From: Thermoplasmatales archaeon
GTDB lineage: Archaea > Thermoplasmatota > Thermoplasmata > Thermoplasmatales > Thermoplasmataceae
Length of the DNA: 64,000 nucleotides
Direction: 5' to 3'
Assembly (NCBI GenBank): GCA_027310185.1
Contig: DAIDBH010000018.1
Coordinates: 244,228-308,227, forward strand
Shown here: piece by piece, positions 28,948 through 38,816 of the stretch
Position numbering within the stretch: position 1 is the stretch's first letter
Layout: each line of letters opens with the position of its first letter
The notes under the pieces: generated by a model
What the model saw: the letters and a program-made list of their open reading frames with translations, nothing else
Database searches by the model: none
What the model was told of the DNA's origin: nothing
Made by a program: the position numbers and the translations under genes

Positions 28948-29943
28948 ATGTTATTCGGAAGTCCTCTGGCTGAATTTTTAGTCATAGTGCTGGGGGGTAT
29001 AATTGCAGGTGTGATAGGCTCCCTGACTGGCCTGGGAGGTGGATCTGTTCTTGTTCCGATTTTAACTCTATTTTATGGCGTGCCAATAGATTTTGCCATA
29101 GGTGCGAGTTTAATATCAACAATTGCAACTTCTGCTGGGTCTGCCAGTACGTATACAAAGAAAGGGATTGCAAATATTAAAATTGGTGTCGGTCTGGAAG
29201 TGGCTACAACTCTTGGGGCAGTAGTGGGTGCATTAACATTTATTTTGGTGACAAGGGAGGACCTGGAATGGGTTTTATACCTGCTATTTGGAATCGTTCT
29301 CCTAACTTCACTCATTCCTACAATACAGAGAGGAAAGTACGAATTTCCAGAAGCTAAAATGCCTGATTTTACAAGCAGGGCGTTTCAACTAACTGGAAAA
29401 TATCACGATGACAGAGCAAAGAAGACTGTCACATATACAGGTGTAAGATGGTGGCTGGGAGAAATAATTATGTTCTTTGCAGGTCTTCTATCTGGTCTAC
29501 TTGGAATAGGCAGCGGTGCACTCAAGGTTCTCGGAATGGATTGGGCAATGAACCTGCCTATGAAAGTAACTACAACAACAAGTAACTTCATGATTGGGAT
29601 AACAGCTGCCACAGGAAGCAGCATTTACTGGTACGCTGGCTACATTAGCTTCTTCCTGGCTGCGGCAACTGCAATTGGAGTAGTAGTTGGCTCAAGAGTT
29701 GGGTCACACGTATTGATGAGGATCTCAAACAAAGAAATAAGATGGATATTCTTCGCAATACTTTCATTCCTCGGAATAGACATGTTATTCAAAGGCTTGA
29801 GACAGGGAAAAATATATCATCTATCCAGCTTATATTCATTTTCAATTGCCATAAGCGCATCGATTGTTTTGATTCTTTTATTATTCTTATACACAAACAG
29901 GGGGGTGAAATCAAGTGGAGGAGATATCTCAAAAGCTAATTGA
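28948..29943 (+). CDS. TauE/SafE-family (sulfite/sulfur-compound) exporter
   Basis: GSLTGLGGG--LVP, AIGASL---IATS, SGLLGIGSG and TTSNFMIG-TAA motifs. Confidence 0.92.
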   Translation: MLFGSPLAEFLVIVLGGIIAGVIGSLTGLGGGSVLVPILTLFYGVPIDFAIGASLISTIATSAGSASTYTKKGIANIKIGVGLEVATTLGAVVGALTFILVTREDLEWVLYLLFGIVLLTSLIPTIQRGKYEFPEAKMPDFTSRAFQLTGKYHDDRAKKTVTYTGVRWWLGEIIMFFAGLLSGLLGIGSGALKVLGMDWAMNLPMKVTTTTSNFMIGITAATGSSIYWYAGYISFFLAAATAIGVVVGSRVGSHVLMRISNKEIRWIFFAILSFLGIDMLFKGLRQGKIYHLSSLYSFSIAISASIVLILLLFLYTNRGVKSSGGDISKAN

Positions 29944-30328
29944 TATAGTAAGTATTATACTGAAGGTAGCCGTATATCTTAGCATGGGTAGTATAATAGT
30001 TGGAGTTATACTACTGTTCATAAAAAACGGTGCTGATGGCTACTCTCTAGACACATTGGCTAATTATAGTAATTACAGTGTTGCAAAAAGTTATTCATCC
30101 ATAATCTTTTCCCCAGCAAAAATCCCTGAGGGAATTATAACACTTGATCCATTAGGTTTCATATCACTGGGTCTATGGGTACTCATTTTCACACCTGTAA
30201 GCGTTCTGTTCACCTCGCTGGTTGACTATATCTATCAAAAGAACAAGCTTTACGTTGTACTGACATTTCTGGTCCTTTTCAATCTATTCACTGCAATCTT
30301 CATAATTCCAAGCTTTGTTCATCTTTGA
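29915..30328 (+). CDS. DUF1634-like membrane protein, TauE partner
   Basis: Three TM helices; I-LGL-VLI-TP motif; overlaps the TauE end, which is the usual arrangement. Confidence 0.8.
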   Translation: MEEISQKLIDIVSIILKVAVYLSMGSIIVGVILLFIKNGADGYSLDTLANYSNYSVAKSYSSIIFSPAKIPEGIITLDPLGFISLGLWVLIFTPVSVLFTSLVDYIYQKNKLYVVLTFLVLFNLFTAIFIIPSFVHL

Positions 30329-30385
30329 GGCTGAAAATTAAAGAAAAACATTATTAATTTTATTGAAATAGCCAATTGGTGCTTT

Positions 30386-31840
30386 ATGCTTAAGTTTGAT
30401 CGCGTTAAAATTCAGGAGGAAGATCCAAAGGAGAGAAGCAAAAGCTTTACGATAGAACCGATGAAGGAATACACAACAGAAGAGGCGACAGCTGAAGCAT
30501 CAAGATGTATTGGCTGCAATATATGCACACAGGCATGTCCTGCAAGTCTTGATATAGGAGCATATATAAACAGCACCGCAGTGGGCGATCCGGCTCAGAC
30601 GGTAAGAATAGTTTTTGAAAACCTGCCATTTCCAGCCATTATAGGGAGGGTATGCACACATAATTGTGAAGACATTTGCGTTATGTATGACACAGGTGGA
30701 CCTCTGGCAATAAGACACCTCAAGAGATATGCTGCGGATCAATTTGACGATTATGGAAAGATATTGAATGTGAAGAAGAGATCATTCATAAACAAGAGGG
30801 TTGCGGTTATAGGTGCTGGTCCTGCAGGATTGAGTGCTGCATATTATTTATCAATACAGGGAGTAAGGGTCACTGTATTTGAATCACTACCTGTAATGGG
30901 AGGGTTCATGAGAGTTGGTATACCACGCTACAGGCTCCCGTTTGAAGTAATTGAAAAGGAAACAGGTTATATAACATCAAATGGGGTAGAAGTTAAGTTA
31001 AACACAAAAGTTGGCGTGGACATTACATTCAAGGAAATTCTGAATAGTTTTGACGCAGTATTTCTTGGAGTGGGTACACATAAGCCAAGAATGACCGGTA
31101 CGCCAGGTAGTGACGCAAAAAACCTCATGCATGCGACAGAGTTTCTTAGGAGAACAGCACTGGGCGAGAAGCTACCAGTAGGTGACAAGGTTATTGTAAT
31201 CGGGGGAGGATTTACAGCAAATGATGCCGCAAGAACCTCTCTCAGACTGGGTGCAACTGAGATAAATATAATGTACAGAAGGAGAGAAATAGATCGACCG
31301 GGTTATCCTTCAATGAATGCAGACGAAGAAATGGAAGAATCACTTGGAGAGAGCGTAAATTATATGTGGGAAATCACCCCATTTGAATACGTGAAAGAAG
31401 GGGATAGAATAACCCAGGTCAAATACTGGAAGAACCAGATGGTTCAGGATACAGGTGGAAGAGCCAAACCTGTACCGCAAAAGGAAAAGACATTCACAAT
31501 GGATGTTGATTTTGTTGTTGAAGCCACCGGTCAGGAAACTGATTTCTCATTCCTTGGCGAGGAATACGCGAGGCAACTGCGCCTGACTCCTCATGGTGGA
31601 ATAATAGTGGACCAGAGAGGAATGACAAGCATAGAAGGCGTGTTCTCAGGAGGGGACTCTACCAACATGACTCATGATCTGATCAGCGCAGTTAGGGATG
31701 GGGACATTGCAACACTTGGAATTCTGGACTATCTCAATCTTATGGATAAGGTAAATGAGGAATACCTTCCACTCCTTGACAGATGGAAAAAGTTCTCTCC
31801 TATGGCTGCCAAACTTGCATATGCTGACAGAGTAAAGTAA
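30386..31840 (+). CDS. GltD/NfnB/SudA-like Fe-S flavoprotein (NADPH-dependent oxidoreductase)
   Basis: EASRCIGCNICTQACP, GRVCTH-CE--C, GAGPAG, GIPRYRLP, GGG-TA-D-AR, YRR and GGD motifs. Confidence 0.88.
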   Translation: MLKFDRVKIQEEDPKERSKSFTIEPMKEYTTEEATAEASRCIGCNICTQACPASLDIGAYINSTAVGDPAQTVRIVFENLPFPAIIGRVCTHNCEDICVMYDTGGPLAIRHLKRYAADQFDDYGKILNVKKRSFINKRVAVIGAGPAGLSAAYYLSIQGVRVTVFESLPVMGGFMRVGIPRYRLPFEVIEKETGYITSNGVEVKLNTKVGVDITFKEILNSFDAVFLGVGTHKPRMTGTPGSDAKNLMHATEFLRRTALGEKLPVGDKVIVIGGGFTANDAARTSLRLGATEINIMYRRREIDRPGYPSMNADEEMEESLGESVNYMWEITPFEYVKEGDRITQVKYWKNQMVQDTGGRAKPVPQKEKTFTMDVDFVVEATGQETDFSFLGEEYARQLRLTPHGGIIVDQRGMTSIEGVFSGGDSTNMTHDLISAVRDGDIATLGILDYLNLMDKVNEEYLPLLDRWKKFSPMAAKLAYADRVK

Positions 31841-31930
31841 AAAATTTCCCAGAAGAAAGGGCATATGCTGGTAGGTCGAATAGATTACCAAAACAATATT
31901 TATACGTGTTGACATCTCCATCACCGAATA

Positions 31931-32491
31931 ATGAATCACAATCGCAGGATACTGGTAATTGGCTCTTCAGGCTCCGGAAAGTCAACATTTTCAAGGGAAT
32001 TATCGAGAATAAGAGGAATCCCTTTGTATCATCTGGATAAAATATACTGGAGGAGTGGCTGGAATCCTATCCCGGAGGAAGTTTTTAATGAGGAAATGAT
32101 GAAAATCCTCCCGAAAGAGGAATGGATACTGGATGGAAATTATTCACAGAGCCTTGCCAACAGGATCCAATTTTCTGAAACTGTTATTTTTCTAGATTTC
32201 AAATGGCCTGTATGTGCCTTCAGGGCAATTAGAAGAAATATCAAGAACAGGTGGAATCGAAGAACAGACATTACCGAAGGATGTGAGGAGAAATTCAATC
32301 ACGATTTTTATGAACTTCTAAAATACATTAGGAATTTTCCAAAAACAGACAGGATAAAAATAATCAAATTACTGGAGGCAAATGCTTATGAAAAAGAGAT
32401 CATCATCTTCAGTAATTCAACATCAGTGAGGCAATATCTGCAGAGAATTGCCAACGAAGAAGCAGAGTCGAAAATAGAGAATGTCTTCTGA
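31931..32491 (+). CDS. Adenylate-kinase-like P-loop protein (FlaR/topology-modulation family)
   Basis: ILVIGSSGSGKST, HLD--YW--GW, WILDGNY and GC-EK motifs. Confidence 0.85.
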   Translation: MNHNRRILVIGSSGSGKSTFSRELSRIRGIPLYHLDKIYWRSGWNPIPEEVFNEEMMKILPKEEWILDGNYSQSLANRIQFSETVIFLDFKWPVCAFRAIRRNIKNRWNRRTDITEGCEEKFNHDFYELLKYIRNFPKTDRIKIIKLLEANAYEKEIIIFSNSTSVRQYLQRIANEEAESKIENVF

Positions 32492-32495
32492 ACAC

Positions 32496-33818
32496 TCACT
32501 CCACCGATATATGATCAAATCCGGCATAAGGTATAAGGGCTTTTGGGATTTCAATTCTGTTTTCAGTTGAAAAATTCTCCATTATAGCTACCATAACTCT
32601 AGTAGTGGCAATTGCTGTTCCATTAAGAGTGTGAACAAACTGATTGCCTTCAGGGGTCCTGTATTTTATGTTGAGAGACCTTGCCTGATAATCAGTGTCA
32701 TTTGAAATCGAAGCCAGTTCCCTAAATTTACCCTGATGTGGAAACCATCCTTCTATATCATACTTCTTGGCTGCCAGGCTTCCCAGTTCACCCGAACAGA
32801 CGTTTATCACCCTGAACGGGATTTCTAGGCTGTTCAGTAGATCTTCAGTATTCATCAGCAGTTCTTCGAGGTAGTCCCAGGAATCCTCTGGTTTGCAGAA
32901 TATGAACTGTTCAACTTTTTTGAAATAATGAACCCTGAATATGCCCTTGGTATCCTTGCCATGTGCTCCAGCCTCCTTCCTGAAACAGGGAGAAAACCCG
33001 GACACTTTCAAAGGAAGTTCATTTTGATCAAGAATTTCGTTCATGAGCATGGCAGCTATTGGATGTTCAGATGTAGAAATAAGATACAGATCTTCTCCTT
33101 CTATTTTATAAACAGCCTCATTGAATGTGCCCTCATCTGTAGCTTTCCATATGGAATTACCGTTGATCATTGGTGGAGGTTCCACTATTGAAAATCCACG
33201 TTGACCAATGAAATCTATGGCATAGTTAACCAGTGCCAGTTCAAGTTTCACCAGCTGGTTTCTGGAAATGTAAAATCTTGCTCCAGAAATCTTACCTGCC
33301 CTTTCCAGATCTACAAGATTCATTCGCTCAGATAGATCGATATGGCTGTATGTGTTGTCTACGATCTGATATTTTCCTGAATTTTCTGTAAATTTGTTGA
33401 ATTCTTCCAGGCTGTCATTCCTAACCCTTGCCTTCCCGGAAAATTTTATGAATTTACTGTTTTCATCACCAAAACATATGGGTACAGATTCATCAAGTAA
33501 ATTGGGAATCCTGGATACTGTTATTTCTCTTTCCTTTTCTATCTCAGACTGCTCGCTTTCGAGTAGCTTTAGTTCCTCATTTAATTTTCTTACGTCATCT
33601 TTTATGCCTTCTGTTTCTTCACCGCTCTTTACTCTTCTGGACACGTCCATGCTCAGGGCATTTCTCTGCTTCCTCAGTTCATTAATTTTTTTAACGTTAT
33701 CTCTCCACTTTTCATCCAGGGTGAAAAATTTTTCTATAAGTCCCTGATCACCTCCTCTTCCCTTTATAGATTTCATGTATTGTTCTGGGTTTTCTCTTAG
33801 CCTTTTTATATCAATCAT
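32496..33818 (-). CDS. serS: Serine--tRNA ligase
   Basis: N-terminal coiled coil; TSEHP, FRKEAG-HGKDT-GIFRVH-F-KVEQ and HTLNGT motifs. Confidence 0.97.
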   Translation of the reverse strand: MIDIKRLRENPEQYMKSIKGRGGDQGLIEKFFTLDEKWRDNVKKINELRKQRNALSMDVSRRVKSGEETEGIKDDVRKLNEELKLLESEQSEIEKEREITVSRIPNLLDESVPICFGDENSKFIKFSGKARVRNDSLEEFNKFTENSGKYQIVDNTYSHIDLSERMNLVDLERAGKISGARFYISRNQLVKLELALVNYAIDFIGQRGFSIVEPPPMINGNSIWKATDEGTFNEAVYKIEGEDLYLISTSEHPIAAMLMNEILDQNELPLKVSGFSPCFRKEAGAHGKDTKGIFRVHYFKKVEQFIFCKPEDSWDYLEELLMNTEDLLNSLEIPFRVINVCSGELGSLAAKKYDIEGWFPHQGKFRELASISNDTDYQARSLNIKYRTPEGNQFVHTLNGTAIATTRVMVAIMENFSTENRIEIPKALIPYAGFDHISVE

Positions 33819-33913
33819 AAAACAAGGAAATATAAAGGCTATATTAATATTGCATCAAATTTACAATTCCTCCATACCAAAATCCATGTATCGTATGCTA
33901 AATATGTAATAAC

Positions 33914-34201
33914 CTAAGATTCCCCGAAGATCTTGTGACGTGGAGTCGATTCAAGTATGGACTTTCCATAATCCACAGTATTTTCATAATCTATGGTCCT
34001 GAGGAAGTTTTCAAAAGATTTCTTATCCTTCCAAACCGTATATATCATGTATTCCTCAGGGGACTTAACCTCTCTATAGAGTTTTCCCTCCAGAAATCCA
34101 TTATCTCCATTTTCCAGCATTTTCACGACTCCATTGAATTTTTGCTCAAAATCTGCCTCATGACCTTTCTTGACTTTATAATAGAGGCCAACATTTATCA
34201 T
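33914..34201 (-). CDS. Antibiotic-biosynthesis-monooxygenase (ABM)/dimeric alpha-beta barrel protein
   Basis: Y-VK-G-E--FE--F, GF----LY and Y-I-T-W----F pattern. Confidence 0.85.
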   Translation of the reverse strand: MINVGLYYKVKKGHEADFEQKFNGVVKMLENGDNGFLEGKLYREVKSPEEYMIYTVWKDKKSFENFLRTIDYENTVDYGKSILESTPRHKIFGES

Positions 34202-34288
34202 AATTCACTATTTTGTTGCATTATATATAAATTTTTTATTTTTAGAAATTATAAAAAAGAATCGAGTTAATACCAATATTCCTGGATT

Positions 34289-34819
34289 TCACTCTATGTA
34301 TCCGCAATCTTCTCTATCACACCTGAAAAATTTGATTTCCCCATTCTCATTGTAAACAGGCTCAAGTTTACCGCTGTTGCATTTCGGACATATATATGTG
34401 TACTCGTTGGTCTTATGCGAAAACAGAACCTGATATATCGATTCAGAGGAGAGATATCTTGCAAGGTCTGTAATTGTTACCATCCCAATTATATTCTCAT
34501 TTTTGTCGTAAACAGCACATCTTGTAAGTGCATTTTTCGAGAGAAAAGCTGCAACATCTTTAACATCATAATCCGAGGGCACCTTTGGAATGTGATGACG
34601 CATAATATATTTCACTTTCAGGGAGTCAGGTTTTACATTTCTCTGTATGAAGCGTCTCAGCATGCTTCTCTCGCTGATCATACCAACATATTTGCCATCA
34701 GCATCAACTGCCATCAAGCCATAAACATGATTTTTATTCATAAATGCAGCTGCATCAAAAACTGTCGCATCCTCGCTAATGGTATAAATATTCTTATCAA
34801 CAATTTTTCCAACTTTCAT
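34289..34819 (-). CDS. CBS-pair protein with C-terminal Zn ribbon
   Basis: Two CBS motifs (VGMISER, IGMVTITDL) plus CPKC...C-x4-CGY. Confidence 0.85.
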   Translation of the reverse strand: MKVGKIVDKNIYTISEDATVFDAAAFMNKNHVYGLMAVDADGKYVGMISERSMLRRFIQRNVKPDSLKVKYIMRHHIPKVPSDYDVKDVAAFLSKNALTRCAVYDKNENIIGMVTITDLARYLSSESIYQVLFSHKTNEYTYICPKCNSGKLEPVYNENGEIKFFRCDREDCGYIE

Positions 34820-34887
34820 AATATAATAAATGTTGCATCTGATAAAAATATTACTGATATGTTAAATTTAGAATGTTTATCAATTCT

Positions 34888-35562
34888 TTATAATTTACTG
34901 AGAGTGATAGGATCTTCTTCCTCCTGTCTCTGTGACCAGGAATTTATCTCCCTGCTCCTGTTGCTGTAAGGGCTATCATCATACTGGGTATATCCTCTCC
35001 CAAGGGGTCTAAGTTCTTCTCTCTCCTCAGGTCTCATATCATAATTTCTTCCGGATGGAATCCTGAATCTTCCCTGTTCCTTTGCAGTCGTACTCATCGT
35101 CCCTCCAAGGAATGAAGTTGAATTGAAAATTATAAGACTGCTTGGAAGTATTAGACCCATGGACATCAGCACGCCATTAAACGTTTCAGTGTAAACTATG
35201 AGATTTGAATATGATGCCAGTGGTGCCTTTGAAAATGCATATATCCCGTCCTTCAGATAGTATCCTGCAAAACTTACTGCCTGCAATCCAGTAGAGATCA
35301 TATAAAGTGACACGAAAATAATGACTGCCGACATGATCAGCGAGACTTCCATGGCGTTCTTTGCACTTCCAGACTTCCTGCCAGCCACGTAACCTGATAG
35401 GAGTGGACCACCTATGGGTATCCACCAGAGCAGAGCTATGGCTACTATGGAAGTTAAAAATCCATTCCTGATCTCGTTTGCCTCTTTTTTACCGCCCAGA
35501 TCTATCTCTGCCCTGCTGCCGCGCATCTTGTTTGGCTTACCTATGGCTGACACTCGTCGCAT
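34888..35562 (-). CDS. Conserved membrane protein
   Basis: LWWIP--GPLLSGYVAGRK-G small-residue TM hairpin; charged termini. Confidence 0.7.
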   Translation of the reverse strand: MRRVSAIGKPNKMRGSRAEIDLGGKKEANEIRNGFLTSIVAIALLWWIPIGGPLLSGYVAGRKSGSAKNAMEVSLIMSAVIIFVSLYMISTGLQAVSFAGYYLKDGIYAFSKAPLASYSNLIVYTETFNGVLMSMGLILPSSLIIFNSTSFLGGTMSTTAKEQGRFRIPSGRNYDMRPEEREELRPLGRGYTQYDDSPYSNRSREINSWSQRQEEEDPITLSKL

Positions 35563-35613
35563 ACATAACTGACATCATGAAAGTATATTAATTTTATGCT
35601 TATAAAAAAATAA

Positions 35614-36246
35614 TCATCTCTCCATCTGTTTCAGGCCTTTGATTGATTGAACAAATCTTTCACCAGATGTTATATAACCTGCGATAAAAAACCAGATCAG
35701 CAGTATGTTGATCGGGGTAAAGTCAATGTAAAAAATATAGCTGAATGGGAAAATTATCTCAATAATTATAATAACAAGCATCAATACCAGCCTGTCTGCC
35801 CTGCCAAGCACTCCCCCATAATTCCTCTTAAGACCAAGGGCCTGGGCCTGTGTTCCAAGATAACTGGTCATGAACACACCTCCAAGGGCCAAAATTCCTA
35901 TGTATATATTACCGTATAATGAGAAGGCAAAACCAGTTATTAGTGCTATATCCGAATATCTGTCAAAAGTATGATCAAGCATATCACCTGCCTTTGAGCT
36001 GATATTCTTCTTTCTCGCAACAAACCCATCAAGCGCATCAAGTGTTGATGAAAGAAGTATGAGGACAAAAGCGAGTATGAGGAAGTAGGAAGAAATCATC
36101 CTTCCGCTGATTGCTATAAAGACACCGGCCAGAACAGCGAATACGAAAGAAACCTCAGTCAGGGTATTTGGGTTGAATCGCATGAAAGGCTTACTTAGTT
36201 TTTCCAGGAGAGGATTAACATTTCCTCTCATTGAATCAAGTGCCAT
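35614..36246 (-). CDS. CDP-alcohol phosphatidyltransferase (archaeal lipid headgroup synthase)
   Basis: PNTLT and D-LDG-VAR-x7-G-MLD---D motifs. Confidence 0.93.
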   Translation of the reverse strand: MALDSMRGNVNPLLEKLSKPFMRFNPNTLTEVSFVFAVLAGVFIAISGRMISSYFLILAFVLILLSSTLDALDGFVARKKNISSKAGDMLDHTFDRYSDIALITGFAFSLYGNIYIGILALGGVFMTSYLGTQAQALGLKRNYGGVLGRADRLVLMLVIIIIEIIFPFSYIFYIDFTPINILLIWFFIAGYITSGERFVQSIKGLKQMER

Positions 36247-36709
36247 TGTGCTTCATCTCCATTTTCCTGATAAAGTTAACTGCATCACGCAGATTCTTCT
36301 CTTCTCTATCATCATCCGTGTTCAATCTCAGAATCCTGTTGAATGGATAGTTCTCCATGCATTCGTATCCTATGCAGTCACTCATCAGGCAGTCCATGTT
36401 TTCCGCAATCTTTTTTTCATCATAACCTCTTTCCTTCAATCTTTTTTCCAGGACATCTGGTGAGCATTCCATCAGTATTACTGCAAAGCTGGGCAGCAGG
36501 TGAGAATAATGGGAGTCGAGTATCTTTCCCATGTCAGAACTTATCTTGGGTATGAGGCAATCAAGATCAACCTGGTCATTTTGAGTGCAACCAGCTGTAA
36601 TGGAAAATCTGTTCAGGTCAATGATTTCATAGCCACGTTCTGCAAGAAACTTGCACAGGGTGCTCTTTCCAGTTCCTGGAACTCCCGTTACTGAAATATT
36701 AAACTTCAT
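36236..36709 (-). CDS. Adenylate kinase AK6/Fap7 family
   Basis: ITG-PGTGKST-like P-loop, DSHYSH and L-KRL-ERGY---KI-EN motifs. Confidence 0.9.
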   Translation of the reverse strand: MKFNISVTGVPGTGKSTLCKFLAERGYEIIDLNRFSITAGCTQNDQVDLDCLIPKISSDMGKILDSHYSHLLPSFAVILMECSPDVLEKRLKERGYDEKKIAENMDCLMSDCIGYECMENYPFNRILRLNTDDDREEKNLRDAVNFIRKMEMKHNGT

Positions 36710-38036
36710 ATTCGTTGCTCCTGAAAGAAGCACCCTCCAGTTTCCATGGCATGGAAAGATGTCTCCTTGCATATGCCGGCGGCTCTAGCTTCAATGCTTT
36801 TCTCTTGTCATCGTTCTTCACGTATTCCGGTTCCATTGTATTGCTACATTTAGTGCATCTGTATTTCAGTGATCCAATATTCACGGTTCTTGAACCACAC
36901 TTACTGCATAAAGGCGCCCTCCGTTCGTATATCGTGGCTGGATGAATCAGCTCCAGCTTTTCAATCTTAATTGTTCCTCTTGAATAGGACCCAAACAGTT
37001 TCACCTGATCTCCAATCTCCAGTTTATCCAGTTCATCCCTGAAACCCTTAGAAGGCTCAAAGGCAGCAGCTCTTATGTTAATATCTCCAGCTTTGACTCC
37101 GAAGAACAGGTGCCCTCCCTCCTTCCTGAAAGGCAATTCATTTATAAATCCAGTAATCTCATAGGAAGCTAATTCTCTAGGTTCCATGCCGTAATCTAGC
37201 TTTATAATATGGTCATCTGTTCCCTGATTGGTAGCGAATATCATGTAATTTCTCTCAAAGTCTGGAAATCTCGAATTGATCTCTTCCTGTATCTGAATCA
37301 GGTCATCAAATACAAGACCTCTTATACCATATATTACAGGCGTTCTGTCCTTTGGAAAAAGGCATATCTTTCCATCTTCCAGTTCCATATTGTTGAATGT
37401 ACTTTCATAGGATTCAGCAATCTTTCCAATTATTGTTTTCACTTCATCATCTACATATTCAGCTTTTGGGTATTTATAATTAAGTAACTCGTATGTTGTT
37501 CTCTTCCTGTCCCACGCTATGGAAGAAGTTGCTCCTATAATTCCTCTCCCGTCTCCTATCTTATGGTATATTGAATCTGTTCTCTTCAGGATTTCCTCTA
37601 TGTAATCCATTGGAATATCGTTTTCAAGTGCACGCCTGTATATATCCGCGTCAAATTTTTTGCTTGAAATAACAATTCCTGGGTTGGTATTTGGTTGATT
37701 TTTCTCGTAATATTCCTCAACAATTTCCCTAACCTTTTCCATCATTGATTTATCATCTATTTCAGAAAAATCAGGATATGTGTCATCATTTTGTAGATTT
37801 AGTGAAATTTCATTTCTGTCGAATCTACCAACGACTGTTTTTTCCCCCCCAGTCATACTTGAAATTCGAACGCTGAGAGCACCATTCCCTCTTGTCTTGT
37901 ATTTCAGGTTTGGGTTCAATCTGACGAGTCTGGGAAGAGAACTGACCCTATCAGCAAATGTTGAAACTATCCTGAAAGCTATGTAGGTAGTGCATCCAGC
38001 GTTCCTGGAATCTGTATCGTCAATACCAATCCACAT
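36699..38036 (-). CDS. tiaS: tRNA(Ile2) agmatinylcytidine synthetase
   Basis: IGIDDTDS--GCTT, LVRLNPN---KTRGNGA, GIIGA and TNQGTDDH motifs; OB fold, Zn ribbon and RRHL. Confidence 0.95.
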   Translation of the reverse strand: MWIGIDDTDSRNAGCTTYIAFRIVSTFADRVSSLPRLVRLNPNLKYKTRGNGALSVRISSMTGGEKTVVGRFDRNEISLNLQNDDTYPDFSEIDDKSMMEKVREIVEEYYEKNQPNTNPGIVISSKKFDADIYRRALENDIPMDYIEEILKRTDSIYHKIGDGRGIIGATSSIAWDRKRTTYELLNYKYPKAEYVDDEVKTIIGKIAESYESTFNNMELEDGKICLFPKDRTPVIYGIRGLVFDDLIQIQEEINSRFPDFERNYMIFATNQGTDDHIIKLDYGMEPRELASYEITGFINELPFRKEGGHLFFGVKAGDINIRAAAFEPSKGFRDELDKLEIGDQVKLFGSYSRGTIKIEKLELIHPATIYERRAPLCSKCGSRTVNIGSLKYRCTKCSNTMEPEYVKNDDKRKALKLEPPAYARRHLSMPWKLEGASFRSNEYEV

Positions 38037-38816
38037 TCAGGTGCCAAACCTCCTTTTCCTGGTCTGATATGATCTTACGGCCCTCAGGAAATCAAGTTTT
38101 CTCAACTCTGGCCAGAACACATCGGAAAAGTAAAGCTCTGAATAAGCACCCTGCCACAGAAGGAAGTTTGAAACCCTTTCTTCCCCGCTTGTTCTCAGGA
38201 TCAAATCCGGGTCCGGAATAGTGCCGTCATAAAGATATTTTCTGAAGTTTTCTTCTGTTATATCTTTTATTTCGATCTTTCCCTCCTTGTATTCCTGAGC
38301 TATCTTTCTTATGGCTTCTATTATTTCTTCCCTTCCACCGTAAGCAACAGCAATATTGAGCTTGTATCCATCATAGTCTCTTGTTGCTTCCTCAACTTTC
38401 CTTATGGAATCCTGGAGGAATTCTGGAAGTGTATCTATGCTCCCGATGATCTTCACTTTTATCTTATTTTTCAGGACTCTCTCATCGCTTATGAGATTCA
38501 GGAGGGAGTTGCTGATCAGTGTGAATAAGAATCTCACTTCCTCATTGTCTCTCTTGAAATTTTCAGTAGAAAAAGCGTAGACAGTAACAACTCTGGTTCC
38601 TATTTCCATGCACCACTCAAGAACCTCTTCCAGTTTTTCTTTCCCTTTCACATGGCCAAGATTGGAATCCAATCCATGGGAACTTGCATACCTCCTGTTA
38701 CCATCTGTTATTATCCCAACATGATACGGGATATTCCCGTCTTTCTTTATCTGCTCCAGAAGTACTTTTTCATATATTTCTTCAGTCAGGTCTCCAATCT
38801 TTCTGCTCAGGCTCAT
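38037..38816 (-). CDS. uppS: cis-prenyltransferase (UppS)
   Basis: HVGIITDGNRRYA, YAFSTENF-R, YGGR-EI and RTSGE-R-SNFLLWQ motifs. Confidence 0.96.
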   Translation of the reverse strand: MSLSRKIGDLTEEIYEKVLLEQIKKDGNIPYHVGIITDGNRRYASSHGLDSNLGHVKGKEKLEEVLEWCMEIGTRVVTVYAFSTENFKRDNEEVRFLFTLISNSLLNLISDERVLKNKIKVKIIGSIDTLPEFLQDSIRKVEEATRDYDGYKLNIAVAYGGREEIIEAIRKIAQEYKEGKIEIKDITEENFRKYLYDGTIPDPDLILRTSGEERVSNFLLWQGAYSELYFSDVFWPELRKLDFLRAVRSYQTRKRRFGT

